Assembly: GCA_026985075.1 (NCBI GenBank)
Contig: JALSQX010000071.1
Location: 10,601-74,600, forward strand
Length of the DNA stretch: 64,000 bases
Direction: 5' to 3'
From: Blastocatellia bacterium
GTDB lineage: Bacteria; Acidobacteriota; Blastocatellia; HR10; J050
The notes below the pieces were generated by a model. The model did no database searches. It had not been told where the DNA came from and was given only the letters and a program-made list of their open reading frames with translations. This document shows positions 37,775 to 46,375 of the stretch, one piece after another. The stretch's first letter is position 1; each line of letters opens with the position of its first letter. The position numbers were made by a program, and so were the translations under genes.

Positions 37775-38410
37775 ATGAGTGAAATCGTCATGGCAGCAGT
37801 GGAGCAGTACATGAACGATTTAATCCCCGACCGGGACCCTGTCCTCCGGGAGATGGAGACGTATGCCGAAGAAAACAACATCCCCATCGTTGGTCCGGCC
37901 GTGGGCCGCTTGCTTTTTCAACTCGCTCTCGCGCTTCGAGCCCGTCGCATTTTTGAAATGGGATCGGCGATCGGATATTCGACCATCTGGCTCGCCCGAG
38001 CGGTTACCGATGATGGCGTTGTCTACTATACGGACAGCAATCCCGATAATCTCGATCGGGCCGAGGCGTATTGTCGTCAGGCGGGGGTTTTGAACCGGGT
38101 CACATTCCTGCTGGGGAACGCCCTGGAACTCATTGATCAAGTGGAAGGTCAGTTCGATATCATTTTCAATGACGTGGACAAATATCAATATCCGCAGGTG
38201 TTTTACAAAACGGCGGCGAGGGTCCGCCAAGGCGGATTGCTCATTTCTGACAATGTGCTCTGGAGCGGTCGCGTCGCCAGCGAAGAGAAAGATCACTGGA
38301 CAGAAGCAATTCGTCAGTTCAATCGTTTGATCTATGAGGCTCCTGACTTCTTTACGACGATCATTCCTTTGCGCGATGGAATTTCGCTGAGCTTAAAGCT
38401 CTACAGTTAG
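37775..38410 (+). CDS. O-methyltransferase (Methyltransf_3)
   Basis: IPIVGP, EMGSAIGYSTIW, FDIIFNDVDK, GGLLISDNVLWSG. Confidence 0.92.
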   Translation: MSEIVMAAVEQYMNDLIPDRDPVLREMETYAEENNIPIVGPAVGRLLFQLALALRARRIFEMGSAIGYSTIWLARAVTDDGVVYYTDSNPDNLDRAEAYCRQAGVLNRVTFLLGNALELIDQVEGQFDIIFNDVDKYQYPQVFYKTAARVRQGGLLISDNVLWSGRVASEEKDHWTEAIRQFNRLIYEAPDFFTTIIPLRDGISLSLKLYS

Positions 38411-38798
38411 TGACGAGCGGGTCATTCTTCGGAGAAGGGAAAATCCGAATAAAAGCATCACCAGGCCATTCGTGGCAAGACCTTCTTTGATGAAGGGACA
38501 ATCCTATCGCGCCCTGCTTCATTGATGTGGACACACTGGAGATAGCCGAATACAGGGAGAGCGACTTCCAATCACTCATCGGCTGATTCTTTCGGGCAAC
38601 GAGTAGCATTTTCCTCATTCTGGCTGCGAACTCGGCCGTGATCCACCTCACCGAATATTGCTGCATCTTCGAGAGCGTAACAATCGAGTGGGACGAGGCG
38701 GGAAACGAAAATCCCCATTGCCGCGCCGCCCTTACACATAAGCCGAGTGGCGACGAATCCTCCCCGCCGGGAGATGCCAATCGATGCTGAGGCCGCTT

Positions 38799-39206
38799 TC
38801 AGATCTTGAATAAACGATCAAAAGCCTGTCGAGGATCTTTAATCTGCGATGGCGAGGTGGACGTCTCCCGCTCCACTGTAATGCGCGCACGAAAATACTC
38901 GCACTGATTCGGCTTGTCTTTGGGAGTGACGCGAGCGGGAATCGGTTGAGAGCACTCGAACCGACTACCGGTGTCAAAATAGACGCAATTTTTACAACAG
39001 TGGAGATAGGCCTGGCACTTCGGACATTGACTATCATACGTAATCCCAAATTGCACCGGCATGACATACCCGCACAAGGCACAGCGAAACACCTCGCGCA
39101 CGCCAGGGAGCTTCGGCGCACGGGTGCCTTGACGACGCTGAGGAGGACGACGTTTCTCCTCTTCGTAATCTTCCATATATCCGCGTTGTTTATATTTTCT
39201 GCTCAT
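38799..39206 (-). CDS. Cys-rich putative zinc-binding hypothetical protein
   Basis: CALC, CPKC, HCCKNC.YFD, C..., NQCEYF, AFDRLFK. Confidence 0.8.
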   Translation of the reverse strand: MSRKYKQRGYMEDYEEEKRRPPQRRQGTRAPKLPGVREVFRCALCGYVMPVQFGITYDSQCPKCQAYLHCCKNCVYFDTGSRFECSQPIPARVTPKDKPNQCEYFRARITVERETSTSPSQIKDPRQAFDRLFKI

Positions 39207-39410
39207 GAGAAATTCCTTCCTCGCTGTTTGGTGTGTCAACGACGCACTTGGTGGAGAAACAGCTTCTCATTATAGCCTTTCAATCGCCGTTTGAACAAAT
39301 GATAAACGATTTCTTCATGCTCCTCAGAACCTGTCATGGCGCACAGCCCTGGGTTTTCTCATCTCCGCCTTCACTGTCGACCGAAGGCCTGAGATCGCAG
39401 AGATACTGGA

Positions 39411-40241
39411 CTATCGATTAGGGAGGGCTGATCGGGTGATCACTTTTTTGACCCCTTTCACCCCTCGCGCGAGAGCCGCCGCGCGCTCGAGTTCTGATTC
39501 GCTCCCCTCGGTCAAGGTCAGAGTCACCACGCCGTCGGTGACGCCGATCGCAATGTGAGAGAGTTCTACGTCGGGATCAGCCCTCAAGACGTCCTGGATA
39601 TCGTAAAGGATCTGTTGATCGGAACGGCGTTTGGTGAAAGCGTGCTTGATGGCTTTCCCGGTTGCTTTCACGCCCTTTCCTGTTGCTTTGCCCGCTGTGG
39701 CTGTCGCCTTTCCAGTTGCTTTCCCGGCGGTGGTGGCTCCAGAGGCCGTCGCTTCAGCTCCGGTAACAGCCCCTTTCTTGGTCGCCTTGGCAGCTGTCGT
39801 CCCTGCTTTGGCCGTGGCTTGGGCGGCTGTGGTCGCCCCCTCAGCAACGGCGCCCCCAGTCTTTTTGATGGCCGATCCGAATTTTCCGAGGATGCCTTTG
39901 CGCCTGGGTTTCGTCTCTTCCTCCTCGAGTGGAATCCCTAACGCGGCTATCGTCGCTTCATCAAGGTGACCGGTCACCGGGAGACGATGCGCTCGCTGGA
40001 AATTGCGCAGCGCCTCGCGCGTTTGTGGACCGATGATGCCATCGATCGCACCACCATAATAACCTTGCTCGGCTAACTTCCGTTGGATTTTTTTAACGAG
40101 ATCGCGGCTCAGCCGCAGTTCTGGTTCCTGCCACGCCGATCCAGTTGGACGAACGGCCGCATTCGATCCGACCGGCCTGGCGAGAACGAGACCTGTGAAG
40201 AAAAACAAGCCGACGAGCGCAAAGATCGTTGATTTCATCAT
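39411..40241 (-). CDS. Peptidoglycan-binding protein with Ala/Thr/Lys-rich linker and BON domain
   Basis: IQRKL..GYY.G.IDGIIGPQTREALRNFQ; C-terminal V.DGVVTL...GVKGVKKV. Confidence 0.85.
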   Translation of the reverse strand: MMKSTIFALVGLFFFTGLVLARPVGSNAAVRPTGSAWQEPELRLSRDLVKKIQRKLAEQGYYGGAIDGIIGPQTREALRNFQRAHRLPVTGHLDEATIAALGIPLEEEETKPRRKGILGKFGSAIKKTGGAVAEGATTAAQATAKAGTTAAKATKKGAVTGAEATASGATTAGKATGKATATAGKATGKGVKATGKAIKHAFTKRRSDQQILYDIQDVLRADPDVELSHIAIGVTDGVVTLTLTEGSESELERAAALARGVKGVKKVITRSALPNR

Positions 40242-40367
40242 CTCCGTAATCCCTCGGTTCGTGGTTAGAGTCCCGGCATGAGCGATGCCATGTCTGATGC
40301 TACGTTTCCCGTGAGTTGGCCACCAACAAGTGGCTTCCGGTATCAACTTGCTCTCCGGCCGGAGAGC

Positions 40368-40925
40368 TCATGTCTTGCGCTTCGAGAACGTTGCCAACTT
40401 TTCCGGTTTTCCCTGGCGAGCGTTCGTTACTCGAGCGAGAACGAACAGTAAATCGGACAACCGGTTCACGTATGGTAACAGCACCGGGTTGATCGCTTCC
40501 TGGTGACTGAGTTGAACGATGCGTCGTTCGGCGCGACGAGCGACGGCTCGGGCCAGGTGCAGAATCGCTCCTCCCCGGCTCCCTCCAGGGAGGATGAATT
40601 CCTCGAGCGGAGGGAGTTCCCGATTACATTCATCGATCGTGCGCTCCAATTGGGACACCCACTCATCCTTCACCCGAGGCGCGTCAACGTCCAGCGGACT
40701 TGCCAGATCGGCGCCCACGGTGAAAAGTTCGTTCTGGAGCCGCTCGAGGGTGGCGTCAATCGATGCGTCGCTGATCTCAGCACGGGCGATGCCCAGGAGA
40801 GAATTCAGCTCATCGATCTCCCCATAGGCTTCTACGCGCAATGATCCCTTGCTCACGCGCCGGCCACCAACCAGCATCGTTTGTCCCTGATCACCGCTCC
40901 GAGTGTAAACCTTCGTTATGCGCAT
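40368..40925 (-). CDS. ATP:cob(I)alamin adenosyltransferase (PduO-type)
   Basis: KVYTRSGDQG, AYGEIDELNS, FILPGG, ARRAER, NRLSDLLF. Confidence 0.93.
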   Translation of the reverse strand: MRITKVYTRSGDQGQTMLVGGRRVSKGSLRVEAYGEIDELNSLLGIARAEISDASIDATLERLQNELFTVGADLASPLDVDAPRVKDEWVSQLERTIDECNRELPPLEEFILPGGSRGGAILHLARAVARRAERRIVQLSHQEAINPVLLPYVNRLSDLLFVLARVTNARQGKPEKLATFSKRKT

Positions 40926-41733
40926 GACTTTCGCCTGTTTGATGCTCCTGCTCCTCGCGCCAGATCTCTTCGAGCTTCTGATAACTGGGAGGGAATTGAC
41001 CGGTGTACCGCAGAAAGGCTGGAATCGGGTATCGAATACCCCCTTGATAAGTTCCTTTGAGTCCTTCGATGAAGTCCCCGGCCAAACGAGCCGGTAATGA
41101 AAATGCCATTTCGTGGTCCTCGGTTTGACCGAAAACACGATCTCCGTAACAAGGCAAAATGACCTGATAATCTTGCGTATTCATCGTGCGAATGATCTCA
41201 TCAGAGCAGTCGAGTCGACCAGTAAAACTGGAAGTGATCGCTCCTCCTCGCTTGTAGAGGGCGGCCGCCACCATACGCATGACTTGGGCCGGATTGGCGT
41301 ACACCAGGTAAACGTGAGGCTCGAAGCGGGCCGTCGATGCCGGCCCAACGAGGATGCGCTCGTAGCTCCGATAGGGAAAGCGATCAGTGGCAGCTTCGGA
41401 TTTTGCGCCCGCCTCCAGTGTTTCTGTGTACATGCCGCAGGCGCAGTGACCTTCTGTGTAATAGGGCACCTCTTTCTCCAGGCCAAAAACGACCTTGGTC
41501 AGGACACAATTCAAATCGGCGCGCCCCACAGCGATGGTCCACCCATAACGTCGGGCCATGGAGATCGCTTGACAGGTGGCGATTTGAAGGTTCCAGTCCT
41601 TCTTGGGTTGTTTCGTTTTTGGTGGAAGGGGTTCGCCCGGCGACAACATGCGAATGGCCAGAGGGAAGCTCTGTGGTCGAACGTATGTCTCCACTTGTCG
41701 AGCGAATGTTTGTGGATCTACCATGCCCACCAT
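40891..41733 (-). CDS. DUF169 family protein
   Basis: CQAISMARRYG, NPAQVMR, LPCYGDR. Confidence 0.8.
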   Translation of the reverse strand: MVGMVDPQTFARQVETYVRPQSFPLAIRMLSPGEPLPPKTKQPKKDWNLQIATCQAISMARRYGWTIAVGRADLNCVLTKVVFGLEKEVPYYTEGHCACGMYTETLEAGAKSEAATDRFPYRSYERILVGPASTARFEPHVYLVYANPAQVMRMVAAALYKRGGAITSSFTGRLDCSDEIIRTMNTQDYQVILPCYGDRVFGQTEDHEMAFSLPARLAGDFIEGLKGTYQGGIRYPIPAFLRYTGQFPPSYQKLEEIWREEQEHQTGESHAHNEGLHSER

Positions 41734-42179
41734 TTTACACCAGGCTGATCAGCGTCGTAAATAGCTGGTTCTCCATAGGTACGTTACACCACTGCCGAGT
41801 GTACATAGAATGTCCCCGCTTCATCCCTTACCGGTCAGCAAGAGGAGGGAAAATCCCCATCAAGAACTCATGATGGGAGCTTGACGATGGTCGCCCACCA
41901 ACCACGAAGCGACGCGAGAGAGTAAAATGTGAGATCTCAACAGGGCCGGCTTGGATTCTTGATGTCCAGGATCTGAGGAACAGGAAGAGTTCGTCGGACA
42001 GAACCGAGCGAACGAAACCAGGATACCGGAAATCCAAATCTCATGGGAAATGCGTGGCGATAATGTACGAGGACTGATGAGCGCGACGAGGAGCGAAAAT
42101 TCATTATCCATCGCCAGGCTTACGCTCAAAAGAGCGAGGCGATGTTCATGAGCCGTCGTCTGGATTCTGATGAAAGGAG

Positions 42180-43442
42180 ATGCCGATGATCGAGGGAACG
42201 AAGCTTCGGAGCTTCCTCTTTACATTCGCCTGGGGGATGATGATCGCAGGGGTTGCGGGAAGCCAGAATAGTTCGCCCCACTTTGCTGACATAGGGGGTG
42301 ACGAAGGACGATACCTCAATGCACTGTCAGCCACTCATCGGGGCAGGGCTCACGGGGCGCACCGAAAGATTCAGGAGTTCGGATTCATCAGACCTCCGAG
42401 TAAAGATCCTGCGCCAGCCGCCAGGATTCGTTCCGATCCATGTTCTCCGCAGCGAGAACCGTCAGCGGTTCGAGAATCCGGCGATGAGCGGGGGCGGCCC
42501 AGCTCACGCGATCAAGCCGGCGCTCATGACCACTGGCGAAGTACAATCATGGAGATACACTTCATGTCCGGACAGGGCCGGCCACTCTATCGATTGGGCC
42601 AGGCGGCATTCGAGTTATGGTGCCGGCAATACTCTCCACAGGGAGCTCTCCGGTTTAATGGGGGCTGTCCTCAGAGCGCACAAGAGGGCACATACTATAC
42701 AGAATACTTTGTCGCCTATAGCGGGGGAAAGAAAGTGTTTGAATCCGACGGGGTGTATAAACCGGGCTCGATCTGTGCCATCTGCGAGATATTCCTCTTC
42801 GAGTACAGGAACGCGAAGTACATCATTGTCTCCGATTGGACCGGGGGACAGAAGTGTTGTGGCCAGTGGTACATGTTCCGATTGGCCCGGGGCGAGCTTA
42901 AGCCGATGGAGCAGGTTGTCGTGGATTCGCTCAACGGGTTTCCTTCGGGGGTCAATCTCGAGATGAGAAAGGGGCAATTATATCTGGTGCTGCGCGATGC
43001 CATACGCTGGTTTTATGGACAGGTTGGCCTTTACGGATACGAATATCCCCTGTTCTCTTTTCATCAACATTATGCGATTAAGGGAGACCAGTTATTGAAG
43101 CGGGATATTGACTTCCAAGATGAATACCGACAGCGGGCACAACAGGTGAGCGTGGAATTAGAAGCTTTAGCCGAAAAGCTCCAGGAAAGCAACGAGGAGG
43201 ATAAACCGGTGCTCCGGCCTGCCGGTCGGTGGATCTCTCTCCTTGGTGAAAAGACGGTGAATCTCATCCTCGCCGGAGAGGCAGAGAGAGCGTGGGAGGA
43301 ATTCGACCAAACTTTCAATTGGTTTTCAACCCTCTCACCGCCCCTCAACAACGAAGGGGAAGAGATTGATCCTGAGAGGGTCAGAGAAGAAATTTTGAAA
43401 GCACTCCACAGAGATCTTCTCCGGGGGCATCGTCATCGATGA
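42180..43442 (+). CDS. Hypothetical exported protein
   Basis: RBS AAAGGAG and signal-like N-terminus; C-terminal ~300 aa look globular (WTGGQKCC); N-terminal third is doubtful. Confidence 0.55.
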   Translation: MPMIEGTKLRSFLFTFAWGMMIAGVAGSQNSSPHFADIGGDEGRYLNALSATHRGRAHGAHRKIQEFGFIRPPSKDPAPAARIRSDPCSPQREPSAVRESGDERGRPSSRDQAGAHDHWRSTIMEIHFMSGQGRPLYRLGQAAFELWCRQYSPQGALRFNGGCPQSAQEGTYYTEYFVAYSGGKKVFESDGVYKPGSICAICEIFLFEYRNAKYIIVSDWTGGQKCCGQWYMFRLARGELKPMEQVVVDSLNGFPSGVNLEMRKGQLYLVLRDAIRWFYGQVGLYGYEYPLFSFHQHYAIKGDQLLKRDIDFQDEYRQRAQQVSVELEALAEKLQESNEEDKPVLRPAGRWISLLGEKTVNLILAGEAERAWEEFDQTFNWFSTLSPPLNNEGEEIDPERVREEILKALHRDLLRGHRHR

Positions 43443-43482
43443 GAAACTCTGGAGTCGGCCAGCGCTCCGCCGTTGCCACCAC

Positions 43483-43511
43483 TTGACATGCCGTAAAGGG
43501 CTTCTTATAGT
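43483..43511 (+). promoter_or_regulatory. sigma70 promoter
   Basis: TTGACA-17-TATAGT. Confidence 0.7.
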
Positions 43512-43544
43512 GGCCTGCTGATCCTCTTTTGAACGGAGTGTGAG

Positions 43545-44531
43545 ATGTCATCTTCGGCCGAAGCGAGTTACATCATCGGGATCGATATTGGCGGGACAAA
43601 AATTGCCACTGGTTTGGTCACCCAGCAATTTCATATCATCAAACGGACAATTCTCCCAACACCTCGGAATTCCGATGCCGAACGCGTCCTTGAGCAGATC
43701 TACCGTTCCGTGGAGGCAACTCTTGAAAAGACGAACGTGACCAAAGATCAAATCAGCGGCGTTGGTGTTGTCGCCCCAGGACCGCTCAATCCCGATGCAG
43801 GAGTAGTGATCTCAGCACCCAACATCCCCGCATTCAAAGATGTCCCCATTGTCAAACATCTCCAAAGACGTTTCGGTCTCCCCACGCGATTGGAGAACGA
43901 CGCCAACGCCGCCGGGCTCGCTGAAGCGTTGTTCGGGGCCGGTGTCGGTCACGACCACGTTTTCTACATCACGGTGAGCACAGGCATCGGGACCGGCATT
44001 ATCCTCCATAGACAAATTTATCACGGCAAAAACGGGACGGCGGCCGAGGGCGGGCATGTCACCATCGATTTCCGTGGTCCGGTGTGTCATTGCGGTCGGA
44101 GAGGCTGTATCGAAGCCTATGCATCAGGACCGGCGCTCGCTCGGCGGGCAAAAGAGCGGTTGGCCGGCTTTGCCGGACGCTCGCGGATACTGGATCTGGT
44201 CGACGGGGATCTGGAACGGGTGACGCCGGTCGAAATCTCACGGGCAGCAGAAGAAAATGACCGACTGGCCATCGAGCTCATCAACGAGACGGGAGAATAC
44301 CTGGCCATCTGGCTCGGCGGCATGGTGAGTCTCCTCGATCCCGATATCGTGGTCATCGGTGGAGGACTCTCATTAATGGGAGAGCGACTGTTCTCCGCGA
44401 TCCGCGAGCGCCTCCCGGTTTACTCGATAAACCCATTCGCCGGAGACGTTCCCATCGTTCCGGCCAGGCTTCAACGTGACGTCGGCATCCTGGGAGCAGC
44501 AGCGCTCTTTCTGGAGGCGAAGGCCGAATAA
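43545..44531 (+). CDS. ROK-family sugar kinase (glucokinase-like)
   Basis: GIDIGGTK, ENDANAA, STGIG.G, EGGH, CHCGRRGCIE. Confidence 0.93.
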   Translation: MSSSAEASYIIGIDIGGTKIATGLVTQQFHIIKRTILPTPRNSDAERVLEQIYRSVEATLEKTNVTKDQISGVGVVAPGPLNPDAGVVISAPNIPAFKDVPIVKHLQRRFGLPTRLENDANAAGLAEALFGAGVGHDHVFYITVSTGIGTGIILHRQIYHGKNGTAAEGGHVTIDFRGPVCHCGRRGCIEAYASGPALARRAKERLAGFAGRSRILDLVDGDLERVTPVEISRAAEENDRLAIELINETGEYLAIWLGGMVSLLDPDIVVIGGGLSLMGERLFSAIRERLPVYSINPFAGDVPIVPARLQRDVGILGAAALFLEAKAE

Positions 44532-45019
44532 ATTCCCGGTTTGCTCTCACTCTGCATAAGGACGAGAGTTCCCCTCACGACATCAGGTGCATCTTGACGG
44601 TGAGTTGTGGGACGGTGGTCACCCGATTGGAGAGTGATTGCGCGGATGCCTGTAAGAAACACGTCCATCGGATGGTGTACCGTTGCTCGAATGGTGTGGG
44701 CGAGTCACTTTCTCTCCCGGAAGGACGCCAACGGTGGGACGAGCGTCCCGAAGTCTCGTGCTCCAGATCGCGGCATTCGCTGTCCGGTCGCCCGACCAAT
44801 GGTAGGCTGGTCCGTCAGAGACCCGCGCTTCGGGTCATCGGCGCCGCGTTCTGACCGGGTCAGACAGGATGCGCAGTATTGTCGCCGGGCTTTCCATCAC
44901 GGCTGTGAGACTTCTCCTCTGAAAAGAGCCACAGATTTCACCGATGCGCACAAATCAAACCTCTTCTGTGAATCGGCGACTCCCCGTTCATCCTCGCGGT
45001 GTGGTCCTAGGCCATAGAT

Positions 45020-45144
45020 GTGGCGCAAACGGACAGCTTGCGCTACTTCCCCTAACCAATCCCTTTTCGTCCTTGCCGTATGGCCCATAGGCCATGGATG
45101 ACTCCGTTGAAAAAGGGTAGCGCAAGATGGGATCTTTGCGCTAC
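45020..45144. repeat. Pair of REP-like palindromes
   Basis: gtggcgcaa..cttgcgctac (45020-45046) and gtagcgcaa..ttgcgctac (45117-45144). Confidence 0.65.
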
Positions 45145-45436
45145 GCGTGTTCATCCCCTCGGTGCGGCTCGCCAGTCACTCCCTTGACTTGCGTCCGAGA
45201 TGGAGTGCTCCTATAATGCCCGGCGAGCTGGAGCGTGTGTTGGCGTTGCCCTTCCGACCTTGGGAGGAGGAGAAACTGGTGAGCTGTGAGACGAAATAGG
45301 GTGACGATTGGTATTTTCCCCCTCCTGGAGCGGAAGAGAACGTCCTTCCGGCCGGAGAGCCAGGGCTGACGCCCGGTGGTGGACATCGCGTCGCGGCAGG
45401 TCATGAGCCGCTTTTGAGGTCTCTGTGGGAGGAGGC

Positions 45437-46132
45437 ATGGGACGTCCGAACGATCTGTCGCCCTGTGGAGAGAATCCATCCTGCGCGCTCTGTCACCGAC
45501 TGTCCGACCTCTGGTTGCGAATCGAGGAGTTGTCCCTCCCGGTGGCCTATCCAGCCCGGCGCCGCATCTTTAAACAGGGCGAGACTCCTGCTCATCTTGT
45601 GGTCGTCTGCTCGGGAGCGGTGCGGCTCTATGGGGCTCATCCTGGTGGTCGACCGATGACTTTTCGCGTCGCCCAACCGGGTGATCTGCTCGGTCTGGCG
45701 GCGGTCGTCACCCGGCAACCTTATGCCTTTTCCGCCGACACCATTTTCCCCTGCAGCTTGCGCCTGGTGCCTGGGCGCGCCTTCCTCCGCGCGCTGGAGG
45801 CCGAGCCGACATTATGGGCTCATGTGGCCGAGGAGATCGCCCGCCGACACTACGACATGGCCGAGCAGTTGAAGCAGCCACCACGCCAGCGCTTGATTCG
45901 ACTGCTGCTGGCGTTCAGCGTCCTGGTGGGTTCATCGCCGCGGCGTGCGCCTCGCCATGTTGTCCGATTGACTAATGAGGAGCTGGCCGATCTGGTGGGT
46001 CTGTCCGAGCGCCGGGTGCGGCAGTATCTGGCCGAGTTGAGGGGGCAGGGGGTGATTACGCGCCGTCGGGGGTGGCTGGAGATTGCCGACCGGGAGCGGC
46101 TGCGAGGCATGATCGGGAAGGGTCGGCGATGA
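45437..46132 (+). CDS. Crp/Fnr-family regulator
   Basis: IFKQGE, SGAVRL, PGDLLG cNMP domain; LTNEELADLVGLS HTH; N-terminal C..CxxC. Confidence 0.9.
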   Translation: MGRPNDLSPCGENPSCALCHRLSDLWLRIEELSLPVAYPARRRIFKQGETPAHLVVVCSGAVRLYGAHPGGRPMTFRVAQPGDLLGLAAVVTRQPYAFSADTIFPCSLRLVPGRAFLRALEAEPTLWAHVAEEIARRHYDMAEQLKQPPRQRLIRLLLAFSVLVGSSPRRAPRHVVRLTNEELADLVGLSERRVRQYLAELRGQGVITRRRGWLEIADRERLRGMIGKGRR

Positions 46133-46186
46133 GGAAGGGGAGGATGGGGCGGGCTATGGAGGGAGCATCTGGAGTGAGTCGAAACC

Positions 46187-46244
46187 GGAAACGTTTCCGC
46201 CTTGGAGGCGGCAACATTTCCGGTTTTTGGGGGGAAACGTTTCC
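46187..46244. promoter_or_regulatory. Three 12-bp palindromes GGAAACGTTTCC at 23-bp period
   Basis: Copies at 46187, 46210 (GGCAACATTTCC) and 46233. Confidence 0.7.
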
Positions 46245-46375
46245 TGGTAGGGATGGGGATTGGGGATTAATATGGTGGCGTGGCGATATTGTTGGTACGC
46301 CATCACGGCAGTTGGGCGAGTCCGGAGGAGGACCACAGCCGAGGTGTTCTCCGAGGGGCTCGGGGAGGGCGTCTC

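Noticed and set aside
42298-42560. Compensating frameshifts in the N-terminus of the 42180 ORF
   Set aside because: The alternative frame is no more protein-like; undecidable without homologues
45184-45217. TTGACT...TATAAT promoter
   Set aside because: Spacer of about 22 bp is too long for sigma70
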